From an uncultured Gammaproteobacteria bacterium (GTDB lineage: Bacteria; Patescibacteriota; Patescibacteriia; UBA1558; S5-K13), in contig CAYRHT010000004.1 of assembly GCA_964424195.1 (NCBI GenBank), forward strand, positions 12,769 to 76,768: a stretch of 64,000 nt of DNA, read 5' to 3'. Positions 48,371-57,983 of this stretch are shown here, piece by piece. Position numbers and translations under genes: made by a program. Numbering within the stretch: the stretch's first letter is position 1; each line of letters opens with the position of its first letter. The notes beneath the pieces are model-generated. The model had not been told where the DNA came from, did not search any database, and was given only the letters and a program-made list of their open reading frames with translations.

Positions 48371-48398
48371 TTGACTTTTTCAATGAATAGTGTATAAT
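48371..48398 (+). promoter_or_regulatory. promoter of the RRM-protein gene, giving a ~170-nt leader
   Basis: TTGACT, 16 nt, TATAAT (48393-48398). Confidence 0.45.
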
Positions 48399-48576
48399 AC
48401 TTATGTTTTCCAAGTCTTTCCATAAGGTAAAGAATTTGCGCAGCTTAGCTGCTCGGAAAGACAAGGAAAGTATTTAATTAAGAATATCTCTAATTTATAT
48501 TAGAGGTTAAAGTTTACCCTATTAGATACTATCGTTTCTAACGATGATTTAAAAGGGTTAAAAGGACAATAAACAC

Positions 48577-48846
48577 ATGGGTACAAAGTTATATGTAGGC
48601 GGTTTGTCTTATGACACAACTGATGATTCTTTCAAAGCTGGTTTCTCTGAAGCTGGTAATGTAACATCAGCTAACGTGATCGTAGATAGAATGTCAGGCC
48701 GTTCTAAAGGATTTGGTTTTGTAGAATTTTCTACAGAAGAAGAAGCTGCTAAAGCTATCGAAATGTTTAACGAAAAAGATTTCGAAGGTAGAACTATTAA
48801 AGTTTCTGAAGCTAGACCAATGAAACAATTTGACGATAGACAATAA
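48577..48846 (+). CDS. glycine-less RNA-binding protein with single RRM
   Basis: RNP-2 LYVGGL and RNP-1 KGFGFVEF. Confidence 0.85.
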   Translation: MGTKLYVGGLSYDTTDDSFKAGFSEAGNVTSANVIVDRMSGRSKGFGFVEFSTEEEAAKAIEMFNEKDFEGRTIKVSEARPMKQFDDRQ

Positions 48847-48872
48847 TATCATTATATAGATTGATATAAAAA

Positions 48873-48901
48873 ATAGGGATTGCGCAGTCCCTATTTTTTT
48901 G
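48873..48901 (+). terminator. terminator after the RRM gene
   Basis: ATAGGGA-ttgcgcag-TCCCTAT followed by TTTTTTT. Confidence 0.6.
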
Positions 48902-48930
48902 TTGCTCAAAAAAGAAATTAAAGATACAAT
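48902..48930 (+). promoter_or_regulatory. candidate promoter upstream of the tiny ORF and leader
   Basis: TTGCTC, 17 nt, TACAAT. Confidence 0.3.
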
Positions 48931-48959
48931 ATAGATAAGAAAAAGAAGGAGGAATTATT

Positions 48960-48998
48960 ATGAAGAAGCTACTTGTAATCCTTGTGATTACTGTTTAG
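48960..48998 (+). CDS. 12-codon hydrophobic ORF (MKKLLVILVITV) with perfect SD
   Basis: AAGGAGG 7 nt upstream of the ATG. Too short for the ORF track. Function unknown (leader peptide or small protein). Confidence 0.2.
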   Translation: MKKLLVILVITV

Positions 48999-49170
48999 CA
49001 GCAAAAGATAACGGTGTTAAAAGTAGTCGAATAAGGATTTAGTTGCGAAGCACAGTGTCTCTTAGAGAGATAAATCAAGAAAGTTATTAATGTCGTAGTT
49101 CTCATATAGAACTGATCAAGTTGTGTTACATTGTGTCCCGCTCTATATTTAGAATGAAAATGTAACCAAG

Positions 49171-49200
49171 CGTTCAGTATTAAATACTGGACGTTTTTTT
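49171..49200 (+). terminator. strong intrinsic terminator/attenuator upstream of yhhQ paralog 2
   Basis: CGTTCAGTAT-taa-ATACTGGACG (10 bp) followed by TTTTTTT. Confidence 0.55.
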
Positions 49201-49261
49201 ATTTAATTTTAAATTTTACTATTAATACTATATAATAGTTGTATTATAAATAAATTAAATT

Positions 49262-49939
49262 ATGCAAGATAAGAATTATAAATACTTTGATATTATTATG
49301 GCTCTATTCGTAGCTGTACTTTTAATATCAAATATTGCTTCTACAAAAATATTAGTATTATGGAAGTTTACTTTTGATGGAGGAACTTTGCTATTTCCTT
49401 TGTCATATATTTTTGGAGATATTTTAACGGAAGTATATGGTTATCGAAGATCTCGGAGAGTAATCTGGATTGGTTTCTTTTGTGCTGGTTTAATGTCCTT
49501 AGTTTTAATGTTAGTGACAGCTTTACCAGCTGCTAGTGACTGGCCTTTTCAAGAATCTTTTGAAAATATTCTAGGATTAACTCCTCGAATTGTTTTAGCT
49601 TCTCTAATTGCTTACTTTGCTGGTGAGTTTTCTAATTCATATCTTTTAGCTAAGTTAAAGATTAAAACAAAAGGAAAGTTTCTGTGGTTAAGAACTATTA
49701 GTTCTACATTATTAGGAGAAGGTATTGATACTGTATTATTTGTTTTTATAGCTTTTTGGGGAATATTACCAACTAGTCTTTTAATTACTATTTTTATCTC
49801 TAATTACATATTTAAGTCTGGGTTAGAAATTATATTAACACCAGCTACATACAAAGTTGTTAAATTCTTAAAGAATAGAGAAGGAGAGGATTATTATGAT
49901 CATAATACTAACTTCAATCCTTTTTCTGTAAAGAGTTGA
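49262..49939 (+). CDS. yhhQ: YhhQ/DUF165 family queuosine-precursor transporter (paralog 2)
   Basis: FDGGTLLFPLSYIFGDILTEVYGY and KGKFLWLRTISSTLLGEGIDTVLFVFIAF are hallmark YhhQ motifs. Confidence 0.85.
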   Translation: MQDKNYKYFDIIMALFVAVLLISNIASTKILVLWKFTFDGGTLLFPLSYIFGDILTEVYGYRRSRRVIWIGFFCAGLMSLVLMLVTALPAASDWPFQESFENILGLTPRIVLASLIAYFAGEFSNSYLLAKLKIKTKGKFLWLRTISSTLLGEGIDTVLFVFIAFWGILPTSLLITIFISNYIFKSGLEIILTPATYKVVKFLKNREGEDYYDHNTNFNPFSVKS

Positions 49940-49998
49940 CAGATTTCTTTTAAAGAGGTAAATTAATATATTATAAAAAAATAAAGGAGGATAGTATA

Positions 49999-50484
49999 AT
50001 GAAAATTGAAATTGGAAAATCAATATCTTTCACTGGTGCTTCTTATGAAGTAGTTGCAATAGAAGAAGAAAAGGGAAAAACTACTTTTGCGATTATAAAA
50101 TTAAGCAGTGGTTTAAGAAAAGTTCCTATAGAAGACATACGAGAAAAAGGTACTTCTAATCTTGAGAAGAATCTTTCAGAAGATATCTTATATGTTTATA
50201 AGGGACAAAAAAGATCAGCAGCAGAATTGGAAGAAATAATAGACATTAAAAACGTTAAGATCGGCGAAGGTGTTGCTTTTAATGCATATTTTAAAATTGT
50301 AGAAATTGGATATGACTATGTAATTATTGCTTTAAGACCTCATTGTAAAAATAGGAAAGTACCAATTTTTGATCTAAGGAAATTAGATCGAGAAAATAAT
50401 GAATTAGACAGAGGTTTTTTTGAGAGTGTAAATTATCACTATATCGGAAAAGTAAAAGTAGCTGATGATTTAGAAAAAGTTTAA
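49999..50484 (+). CDS. hypothetical protein
   Basis: RBS AAAGGAGG. Soluble, no motifs. Confidence 0.5.
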   Translation: MKIEIGKSISFTGASYEVVAIEEEKGKTTFAIIKLSSGLRKVPIEDIREKGTSNLEKNLSEDILYVYKGQKRSAAELEEIIDIKNVKIGEGVAFNAYFKIVEIGYDYVIIALRPHCKNRKVPIFDLRKLDRENNELDRGFFESVNYHYIGKVKVADDLEKV

Positions 50485-50500
50485 GATTTAAAAAAAACAT

Positions 50501-50528
50501 ACCGCATAGATTTCTATGCGGTTTTTTT
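50501..50528 (+). terminator. intrinsic terminator
   Basis: ACCGCATAG-attt-CTATGCGGT followed by TTTTTTT. Confidence 0.6.
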
Positions 50529-50545
50529 ATTTACTAAAATAAAAT

Positions 50546-50566
50546 AATCCGCAGAACGGATTATTT
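50546..50566 (-). terminator. terminator for rpmB
   Basis: AATCCG-cagaa-CGGATT with a T-run on the minus strand. Confidence 0.4.
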
Positions 50567-50591
50567 AAATACTCTATAATAGAGGAGTAAA

Positions 50592-50768
50592 CTATTTAGA
50601 TTTTTTTGCTAGAGTTTTAATACATTTAGTACAGATTTTTATTCTCTTACCGTCAATCTTTTTACTTTGTAAGTTTATTCTATCAGTAGTTTTAGTCTTG
50701 TTATTAGCATGACTTTTAGAAAAAGTAGCTGTTGTACCTCTACCACAGATATCACATATTCTAGACAT
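50592..50768 (-). CDS. rpmB: 50S ribosomal protein L28
   Basis: MSRICDICGRG...SHANNKTK...NLQ pattern. Start set at MSRIC; the upstream extension in the track ORF is junk. Confidence 0.7.
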   Translation of the reverse strand: MSRICDICGRGTTATFSKSHANNKTKTTDRINLQSKKIDGKRIKICTKCIKTLAKKSK

Positions 50769-50852
50769 ATATTTGTAAATGATTAGTTTATAATTTATAA
50801 TAGAGAGGATATAACATTTTAACTTAAGTGTCAAGAAGAAAGGTATAAATTT

Positions 50853-51494
50853 ATGATTTTAGGATTATTGTTTCAACAACCGATGGTTTTCGTGGCTTGG
50901 TTGGTAGCCATTGTTTTTGCTTTAACAATTCACGAATTTGCTCATGCTTGGGCAGCCACTTCACAAGGAGATCCTACAGCTAAATTAATGGGAAGATTAA
51001 CTTTTAATCCCTTAGCTCATATTGATATGATGGGATTCTTAGCTTTGTTAATAGTAGGCTTTGGTTGGGGGAAGCCAGTGCCAGTTAATCCAGTTTATTT
51101 TAAAAACAAAAAATGGGGAGATACTATAGTAGCCTTTGCTGGACCATTATCTAATTTTGTATCTATTGTAGTCTTTGGGATAATTTTAAGAATTTTAATT
51201 TCAACTACAAGTTTAGGTCCAGATAATCTTTTGATTTCATTCTTGTTTTTTATGATTATGATTAATGTAGTTCTAGGTGTTTTTAATTTAATACCCTTAC
51301 CACCTCTAGACGGTTCTCATATATTATTCAATATTTTACCTTCTCAATTTAGTGAATTAAAGTTTAAGTTAAGTAAGAATGGACCCTGGATTTTATTAGC
51401 TATAATAATGGCGGATAGGTTTCTAGGAATTGGTTTATTAAGCGGATTATTTAGTTTTTTTTACTCTTTAGTCTCTAAAATTATATTTTTTTAG
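50853..51494 (+). CDS. site-2 protease-like zinc metalloprotease (M50/SpoIVFB-related, COG1994-type)
   Basis: HEFAHAW (HExxH) in TM helix 1, then GRLTFNPLAHID. Multiple TM helices. Confidence 0.7.
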   Translation: MILGLLFQQPMVFVAWLVAIVFALTIHEFAHAWAATSQGDPTAKLMGRLTFNPLAHIDMMGFLALLIVGFGWGKPVPVNPVYFKNKKWGDTIVAFAGPLSNFVSIVVFGIILRILISTTSLGPDNLLISFLFFMIMINVVLGVFNLIPLPPLDGSHILFNILPSQFSELKFKLSKNGPWILLAIIMADRFLGIGLLSGLFSFFYSLVSKIIFF

Positions 51495-51624
51495 AAAAGC
51501 TCTAAGAAAGTATTGACGAATCTTCCTTCATATGATATCCTAAAGAAACTTTTAGTTGATAAAAGTTATTTTTTAATAATAACGTAATTAAATAATCTTG
51601 CTTAGCAAGTTTAAAAAAATATTT

Positions 51625-52083
51625 ATGCCAACAATACATCAATTGGTTAAACGACCAAGAAAAGACAAAAAAGTTAAAGCTAAGTCTGCTGCTCTTAAAA
51701 TGACTTCAAATAGTTTAAAGAGAAAAAAGACCGAGCACAGAATAGGAGCTCCTTTTAAAAGAGGTGTATGTGTTAAAGTTACAACAGTTACTCCTAAAAA
51801 ACCGAATTCAGCTTTAAGAAAAATTGCTAGAGTTAGACTTTCTAATGGACAAGAAGTTACAGCTTACATTCCAGGAATGGGACATAATCTTCAAGAGCAT
51901 TCAATTGTAATGATTAGAGGTGGTCGAGTTAAAGATTTGTCAGGTTGTAATTATCATGTAGTTCGAGGAGTTTATGATACTCAAGGAGTTGAAGGTAGAA
52001 TGCAAAGTCGTTCAGTATATGGTGCTAAGAAACAAAAGGGAGCTAAAAAAGCTGCACCAGCAGAAACACCAACAGAAGAATAA
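51625..52083 (+). CDS. rpsL: 30S ribosomal protein S12 (with N-terminal insertion and C-terminal tail)
   Basis: MPTIHQLVK...[20 protein letters not shown]...[23 protein letters not shown]. Start at MPTI. Confidence 0.9.
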   Translation: MPTIHQLVKRPRKDKKVKAKSAALKMTSNSLKRKKTEHRIGAPFKRGVCVKVTTVTPKKPNSALRKIARVRLSNGQEVTAYIPGMGHNLQEHSIVMIRGGRVKDLSGCNYHVVRGVYDTQGVEGRMQSRSVYGAKKQKGAKKAAPAETPTEE

Positions 52084-52109
52084 ATAATTAAATATAATAG
52101 TATAACAAT

Positions 52110-52577
52110 ATGAGAGGTAAAAGAGCCCCTAAAAGAAAAATTGAAGCAGATCAAAAATTTAATAGCATTCCAGTTGCTAAATTTATTAATTATATAATGC
52201 ATGGTGGTAAAAAATCAGTAGCTCGTTCTATTGTTTATGATGCTTTTGATTATATTTCTGAGAAAACTAAACAAGATGGTCTAACTGTTTTCAACCAAGC
52301 TATAAAAAATGTTCAACCTTCAGTAGAAGTTAAAGGTAAGAGAATTGGTGGAGCAAACTATCAAGTTCCTCAAGTTGTTTCTGGAACTAGAAAACAAGTT
52401 CTAGCATACCGATGGTTGATTGAAGCTGCTCGATCTAGAAAAGGTAAGGCTATGTCAATTAGATTAGCTGAAGAAATCATGGCAGCTGCTAATAATGAAG
52501 GTGATGCTCTTAAGAAGAGAGGTAATGTTCATAAGATGGCTGAATCTAATAAAGCTTTTGCTCATTTTTCAAGATAA
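52110..52577 (+). CDS. rpsG: 30S ribosomal protein S7
   Basis: Typical S7 sequence (...GKKS.A..I.Y.A...NV.P.VEVK..R.GGANYQVP...). Confidence 0.95.
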   Translation: MRGKRAPKRKIEADQKFNSIPVAKFINYIMHGGKKSVARSIVYDAFDYISEKTKQDGLTVFNQAIKNVQPSVEVKGKRIGGANYQVPQVVSGTRKQVLAYRWLIEAARSRKGKAMSIRLAEEIMAAANNEGDALKKRGNVHKMAESNKAFAHFSR

Positions 52578-52627
52578 ATCTCGTCGAGTTAAGCTCAACG
52601 GAATTTTAAATTTAAAACAATAAAATT

Positions 52628-53683
52628 ATGACAAAAACATTTAAAACAATTTCATTCACACTATTAATACTAAGCCTAGGTTTAGTATTATCTGCTTGTA
52701 ATAAAGAAGATGCCAGAATAAAAGAACAAGAAAATATTAAAGCCCAATTACAAGAACAGGAAGGACAAGAAGTTATTTCAGACGAAGAGATTAATGAAGA
52801 GAATGGTTCAGATTTAGATATTTCTAGATGGAGAGAATATGAAAATGAACATTTCAATTTAAAATTTAAATATCATCAAAATTGGTACTTTCAAAGAGAT
52901 ACCTTACATCAAGGAACTTATGTTGCTGTTTATGGATTTGCTCCTAGTGCTGAAGAATTACAAGAAAGAAAATATGCTATTAATTTATATATTTTAAATG
53001 AAGGAGACTTTTTGGAAAGAGATTATTCTTTAAGAAAAGAAAAACAAGTAAAAAGTAAAAGGTATATTTTAACTTCTAATAATGAAGAGTATGCAGATAT
53101 TTTTAATATGATGTTTGAGAATTTAGATTTTTTTAATGAAGAAACTTCAGAAGAGGTTGAAGAAGAAGTAAGTTTGAATACTTATACTAATGAAGAATAT
53201 GGTTTTGAGTTTCAGTATCCTGAGAATATTTATTTAAAAGAAGTTAATGATGGTTATCTATTGTTAAGATATTCTAGTGCTAATAAAACAGATTGGTTGA
53301 TAAGTATAAGCAAAGGAGATCCATCACATTTTATGAATAGAGACGAGGAATTAAGTTTTGATGATGCTTTAGAGAGAGAAATTAAAAATCGTTGTGCGGC
53401 TGATGGTCCTGGTGGTAGTATTTTTTGTTCAGAAGTTTTGAGTAAATCTATCCTTAAGAAGGATAATTATAATCTTTATGAGTATTTTCTTTTAGAAGAA
53501 TATCAAGATACTCAGGGAATTACTTCTAAAACTAATGAAAAAGGACCTATTTTTGTTTTTCATAAGAGTGGTAGTACAGAAATCTATATATTTCAATTAA
53601 CTCAATACGAGGAAGAAAATAATTATGAAAAGAACGTAATAGTTCTAGAAAATCTTATTGATACTTTTAAATTTACAAATTAA
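52628..53683 (+). CDS. hypothetical lipoprotein inserted in the str operon
   Basis: Signal peptide with lipobox LSAC. Two similar segments (YENEHFNLKFKYHQNW / YTNEEYGFEFQYPENIY). Confidence 0.5.
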   Translation: MTKTFKTISFTLLILSLGLVLSACNKEDARIKEQENIKAQLQEQEGQEVISDEEINEENGSDLDISRWREYENEHFNLKFKYHQNWYFQRDTLHQGTYVAVYGFAPSAEELQERKYAINLYILNEGDFLERDYSLRKEKQVKSKRYILTSNNEEYADIFNMMFENLDFFNEETSEEVEEEVSLNTYTNEEYGFEFQYPENIYLKEVNDGYLLLRYSSANKTDWLISISKGDPSHFMNRDEELSFDDALEREIKNRCAADGPGGSIFCSEVLSKSILKKDNYNLYEYFLLEEYQDTQGITSKTNEKGPIFVFHKSGSTEIYIFQLTQYEEENNYEKNVIVLENLIDTFKFTN

Positions 53684-53693
53684 ATAAAATATT

Positions 53694-55421
53694 ATGGAAA
53701 CGCATAAGGTTTCTTTTTACAATACAGGTATTCTTATTTTTATTCTATTATTTTTGAATTTTAAATTTTTATCGGCAAATAGTGATGAAATTTTGTCTAA
53801 TGACTCTTTAATTAGATCTTCAGGTAGTTCGTCTGTATATTTTTTGGAAGATGGAAAGAAGAGGCCAATTTTATCAGAGGATGTTTTTAATCTATATAAT
53901 TTTAAATGGGCACATGTAATAACTGTAGACAATATAAATGATTATGAATTAGGGAGTCCATTAGCTAATCCTAATTATCGATTAGTTAAGTATTCTAATA
54001 GTTCAAATGTATATTTAATAGAAAATAATAAGAAAAGATGGATAGTTAATGAGGATATTTTTATCTTCCGTAGATATGGATGGGGATTTATAGAAATTAT
54101 TGATATTGATGAAGAATATATCACAGGAGAGGACATAGATGATAAAATAATAAATGGTGATTTAGTTAAGTATTCTAATAGTTCAAATGTATATTTAATA
54201 GAAAATAATAAGAAAAGATTAATTGTTAATGAGCAGATTTTTATGGAGAGAGGATATCTCTGGTCGGATATATATATTGTTTTAGATAGTGAATTCAATT
54301 TTGAAAATGGGGATATGATTGGTAATTCTAATAAAAGAATTGGACTACTTTATGTTAGTCAAAATAATGAAACTTATAATCCAGAGTGGCGATCTAAAAT
54401 TGAACCTATACTTTCTAAAACAAAACAAGTAATGTCAGATTTAACTGATAATAAAACGGATTATACATTTGAAATATTGGGTGAAACTGAAACTGATAAA
54501 TATTGTTGGAATCCAGCTGGGATGGGTTTTGTACAACAATCAGAATATACAAAAGTTGATGTGTCTACCAATGAGATTGTTTCTAGTTTTACTACAATTA
54601 GCAATACTCGTATGCCTGGTTCTGCTTTTCGTTGGAATTCTGTGACAGCAAATTTATTAACGGAAAGAAATGAAATAGAAGATAATAGGGAGTATTTTAT
54701 TAAAGAGGTGAATACTAGTTATAATGATTGTCCAAATTGTTCTTTATCCCCAATGGAAGATAAAAAGGATTCAATGAATGAATATTTGATAGAAAATAAT
54801 ATAGATAATTATTATTACACAGAATATGAAGAGAATAGACTTTCTATGGATTGTAGTAAAAATGATTTAAGTCAGTGGTCTGTGGATTTTTCAGACATGG
54901 AGAGTATAAAAAATATTGCATCAAGAGAACTAAATTTCAGTTTGGATGATTATGATGATATTATTATCATAATTGGTGAATTTGGACAAATTTTAGCATC
55001 TGAATCTGAAGATAATCTCAATTATCGATGTTCTACTATGGAAGGTGTTATTGGAGGTTATTCTAACTTAATTTTTGCAGAAAATAGTTTATATAGTAAT
55101 GGTTTTATAGATTGCAGTAATTCAACTAATGCTGCTAATAGTTTCTATGATGGTCGAGGATGGATTATTATAGCGCATGAATTATTACATCATTTAGGAG
55201 CTGTAGATGTTTATAATACTGGTTTTAGTTTTGGAATTAATAGTCATCTTGAAGAAGCTCAATCTTTAGATCCAAAATATAGAGAAAGTATTATGGGGGA
55301 CAATATGACTCCTTGCATGTTAGATTTTGAAGTTAATAGAGATCCTTTATGTACTCAGTATGAATTGGATAATTATGTTTATTTGGATAAATTAAATAGA
55401 CAAAAAATTGGAGTAGAATAA
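53694..55421 (+). CDS. secreted protein with three ~45-aa N-terminal repeats and a C-terminal HExxH metallopeptidase-like motif
   Basis: Signal peptide. Repeats VY(F/L)(L/I)E(D/N)(G/N)KKR.I(L/V).E..F (two nearly identical at DNA level, 53990-54060 and 54170-54240). AHELLHHLGAVDVYN near the C-terminus. Confidence 0.5.
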   Translation: METHKVSFYNTGILIFILLFLNFKFLSANSDEILSNDSLIRSSGSSSVYFLEDGKKRPILSEDVFNLYNFKWAHVITVDNINDYELGSPLANPNYRLVKYSNSSNVYLIENNKKRWIVNEDIFIFRRYGWGFIEIIDIDEEYITGEDIDDKIINGDLVKYSNSSNVYLIENNKKRLIVNEQIFMERGYLWSDIYIVLDSEFNFENGDMIGNSNKRIGLLYVSQNNETYNPEWRSKIEPILSKTKQVMSDLTDNKTDYTFEILGETETDKYCWNPAGMGFVQQSEYTKVDVSTNEIVSSFTTISNTRMPGSAFRWNSVTANLLTERNEIEDNREYFIKEVNTSYNDCPNCSLSPMEDKKDSMNEYLIENNIDNYYYTEYEENRLSMDCSKNDLSQWSVDFSDMESIKNIASRELNFSLDDYDDIIIIIGEFGQILASESEDNLNYRCSTMEGVIGGYSNLIFAENSLYSNGFIDCSNSTNAANSFYDGRGWIIIAHELLHHLGAVDVYNTGFSFGINSHLEEAQSLDPKYRESIMGDNMTPCMLDFEVNRDPLCTQYELDNYVYLDKLNRQKIGVE

Positions 55422-55470
55422 TTCAATCGAAATTTACAAATTAAATAAAATATTAAATTAAATTAAACAT

Positions 55471-57546
55471 ATGGCCGAAAGACAATACTCATTAGAAAAC
55501 ACAAGAAATATTGGAATAATTGCTCACATTGATGCTGGAAAAACAACAGTAACAGAGCGGATTCTTTTTTTTACTGGAAAAAAACATAAGATTGGTGAGG
55601 TTCATGATGGTGAAGCTGAAATGGATTGGATGGAGCAAGAACAAGAAAGAGGAATTACTATTACTTCAGCTGCGACAACATGTTTTTGGCAGGATAATAG
55701 AATTAATATTATTGACACTCCAGGTCATGTAGATTTTACAGCTGAAGTAGAACGTTCATTAAGAGTACTTGATGCAGCAGTAGTTATTTTCGACGGTAAG
55801 ATGGGAGTAGAACCTCAATCGGAAACAGTATGGAGACAAGCTGATAAATATAAGGTACCTCGAATGTGTTTTGTAAACAAAATTAATGCTCTGGGCGGTG
55901 ATTTTTATATGTCTTTAGAATCAATCCAAGCTAGATTATCTGATAAAGCTTTTGCTTTATTTCTACCTATTGGACAATCAGACGAACATCAAGGGATTGT
56001 TAACTTAGTAGATCAAAAAGCATATATTTATGCTAATGACGATCATACAGAATTAAAAGAAATTGAAATTCCAGAAGACATGAAAGACAAGGTTAAAAAA
56101 TACCGAGAAGAGATGTTAGAAAAAGTAGTAGAAATGGATGAGAAATTGATGGCTAAATATTTAGAGGATCAACAACTAACTAATGAAGAAGTATATTCTT
56201 TACTTCGAAGTGGTATTCTCTCAGGAGAATTCTTCCCAGTATTAGTTGGTGATGGAAGAACTGCTACTATTACTAAACTTTTAGACATGGTTATTGCTTT
56301 ACTACCTTCTCCTTTAGATGTTCCATCTATTACTGGTATGGTAAAAGATACTGATGAAGAGATTACTAGAAAAGCTAGTGACTCAGAAAAGTTTTCAGCT
56401 CTAGCTTTTAAGATTGCAACTGATCCTTTTGTAGGAAAATTAATATTTGCTAGAATTTATTCTGGAACATTAAAATCAGGTTCTTATGTTTACAATTCTT
56501 CTACTGGTACTAAAGAAAGAATTGGTAGATTAGTTTTGATGCATGCTAATTCTCGAGAAGAAATTCAAGAAGCTCATGCTGGAGATATTGTGGCTGTTAT
56601 TGGTTTAAAAAATACTAAGACCGGTAATACTCTTTGTGAAGAGGGCGATGATATACTATTAGAAGCTATTACATTTCCTCAAACAGTTATTTCTATGGCT
56701 ATTGAACCAAAGACTAAACAAGATCAAGAAAAGATGGGTATTGCTTTAAGTAAACTATCTGATGAAGACCCTACATTTACTATGAAGACTGATGATGAAA
56801 CTCAACAAGTTATTATTTCTGGAATGGGAGAATTACATTTAGAAGTATTAGTGGATAGAATGAAGAGAGAATTTGATGTAGAAGTTAATACTGGTAAACC
56901 CCAAGTTGCTTACAAAGAAACAATTAAAATTGCCGGACAAGCTGAAGGTAAATATGTTAAACAGTCTGGTGGTCGTGGTCAATATGGTCATTGTTTAATT
57001 AGAATTGAGCCAAATGAAAGAGGTAAGGGTCATGAATTTGTTGATGAAATCAAAGGTGGAGCTATTCCTAGAGAATATATCCCAGCAGTAGAAAAAGGTA
57101 TTCGAGAAGCATTAGAAGATGGTGTTTTAGCTCACTACCCAGTAGTAGATGTTAAGGCTACTCTCTATGACGGTACTTTCCATGAAGTTGATTCAAATGA
57201 ATCTGCCTTTAAGATTGCTGGTTCTATGGCTTTGAAAGAAGCTTGTCGAAATTCTCAACCTATTATTTTAGAACCAATTATGCAAGTTAATGTAACTACT
57301 CCAGAACAATATATGGGAGATGTTATTGGAGATTTGAATTCTAAGAGAGGACAAGTTGATGAAATGAAAGACGTTGGTAATGCTAAGAGTATTGATGCTC
57401 AAGTTCCTTTATCTGAATTATTTGGTTATGCTACAACTTTAAGAGGAATGACTCAAGGAAGAGCAAACTATACTATGGAATTTGGTCATTATCAAGAAGT
57501 TCCTAAAAAGATTGCGGAAGAGATTATGAGTGGAGATCGGAAATAG
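55471..57546 (+). CDS. fusA: elongation factor G
   Basis: G-domain motifs [21 protein letters not shown], and EF-G domains II-V. Confidence 0.95.
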   Translation: MAERQYSLENTRNIGIIAHIDAGKTTVTERILFFTGKKHKIGEVHDGEAEMDWMEQEQERGITITSAATTCFWQDNRINIIDTPGHVDFTAEVERSLRVLDAAVVIFDGKMGVEPQSETVWRQADKYKVPRMCFVNKINALGGDFYMSLESIQARLSDKAFALFLPIGQSDEHQGIVNLVDQKAYIYANDDHTELKEIEIPEDMKDKVKKYREEMLEKVVEMDEKLMAKYLEDQQLTNEEVYSLLRSGILSGEFFPVLVGDGRTATITKLLDMVIALLPSPLDVPSITGMVKDTDEEITRKASDSEKFSALAFKIATDPFVGKLIFARIYSGTLKSGSYVYNSSTGTKERIGRLVLMHANSREEIQEAHAGDIVAVIGLKNTKTGNTLCEEGDDILLEAITFPQTVISMAIEPKTKQDQEKMGIALSKLSDEDPTFTMKTDDETQQVIISGMGELHLEVLVDRMKREFDVEVNTGKPQVAYKETIKIAGQAEGKYVKQSGGRGQYGHCLIRIEPNERGKGHEFVDEIKGGAIPREYIPAVEKGIREALEDGVLAHYPVVDVKATLYDGTFHEVDSNESAFKIAGSMALKEACRNSQPIILEPIMQVNVTTPEQYMGDVIGDLNSKRGQVDEMKDVGNAKSIDAQVPLSELFGYATTLRGMTQGRANYTMEFGHYQEVPKKIAEEIMSGDRK

Positions 57547-57610
57547 GCTTACTTATTGACAATAAAGAATAATTAATGTAATCTGTAGTATTAAATACTA
57601 AAAATAAAAG

Positions 57611-57844
57611 ATGTTTGATTTAAATAAAATTATAGATATTATTAAAGAGACTGGGCGAGAAATTTTTCTAGCTAAAGAGAATAAAGAAACACTAGTACTA
57701 ATGTCTGTTGATAGATACAGAGAATTAATAGGAAAAGATAATTCAATTAATAATACTGTAGATAGTGCTAGAGATATTAAAGAAAAGGATTATCCGGATT
57801 ATGTTCAGAAAACTATCATGCCAGAAATGGGTATTGATGAATAA
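57611..57844 (+). CDS. small hypothetical protein between fusA and tuf (weakly Phd/YefM-like)
   Basis: 77 aa. ETGREIFLAKENKETLVLMSVDRYRELI resembles the Phd/YefM antitoxin N-terminal pattern. No adjacent toxin. Confidence 0.35.
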   Translation: MFDLNKIIDIIKETGREIFLAKENKETLVLMSVDRYRELIGKDNSINNTVDSARDIKEKDYPDYVQKTIMPEMGIDE

Positions 57845-57983
57845 AATAAAGGGTAAACCTTGCGTTTTAAGGAAAGTTTTGCTAAAATTATAATCGACTT
57901 TATATAAAAATAAATTATTAAATTAAAATTTTATTAGACGTGAACTTTAAGTCATAAACGTCTAAATAGGGAGAATTAAAAAA

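Noticed and set aside
53975-54298. 107-aa minus-strand ORF with internal repeat
   Set aside because: It is produced by the near-identical DNA repeat (53990-54060 / 54170-54240) inside the plus-strand gene 53694-55421. It is a shadow ORF.
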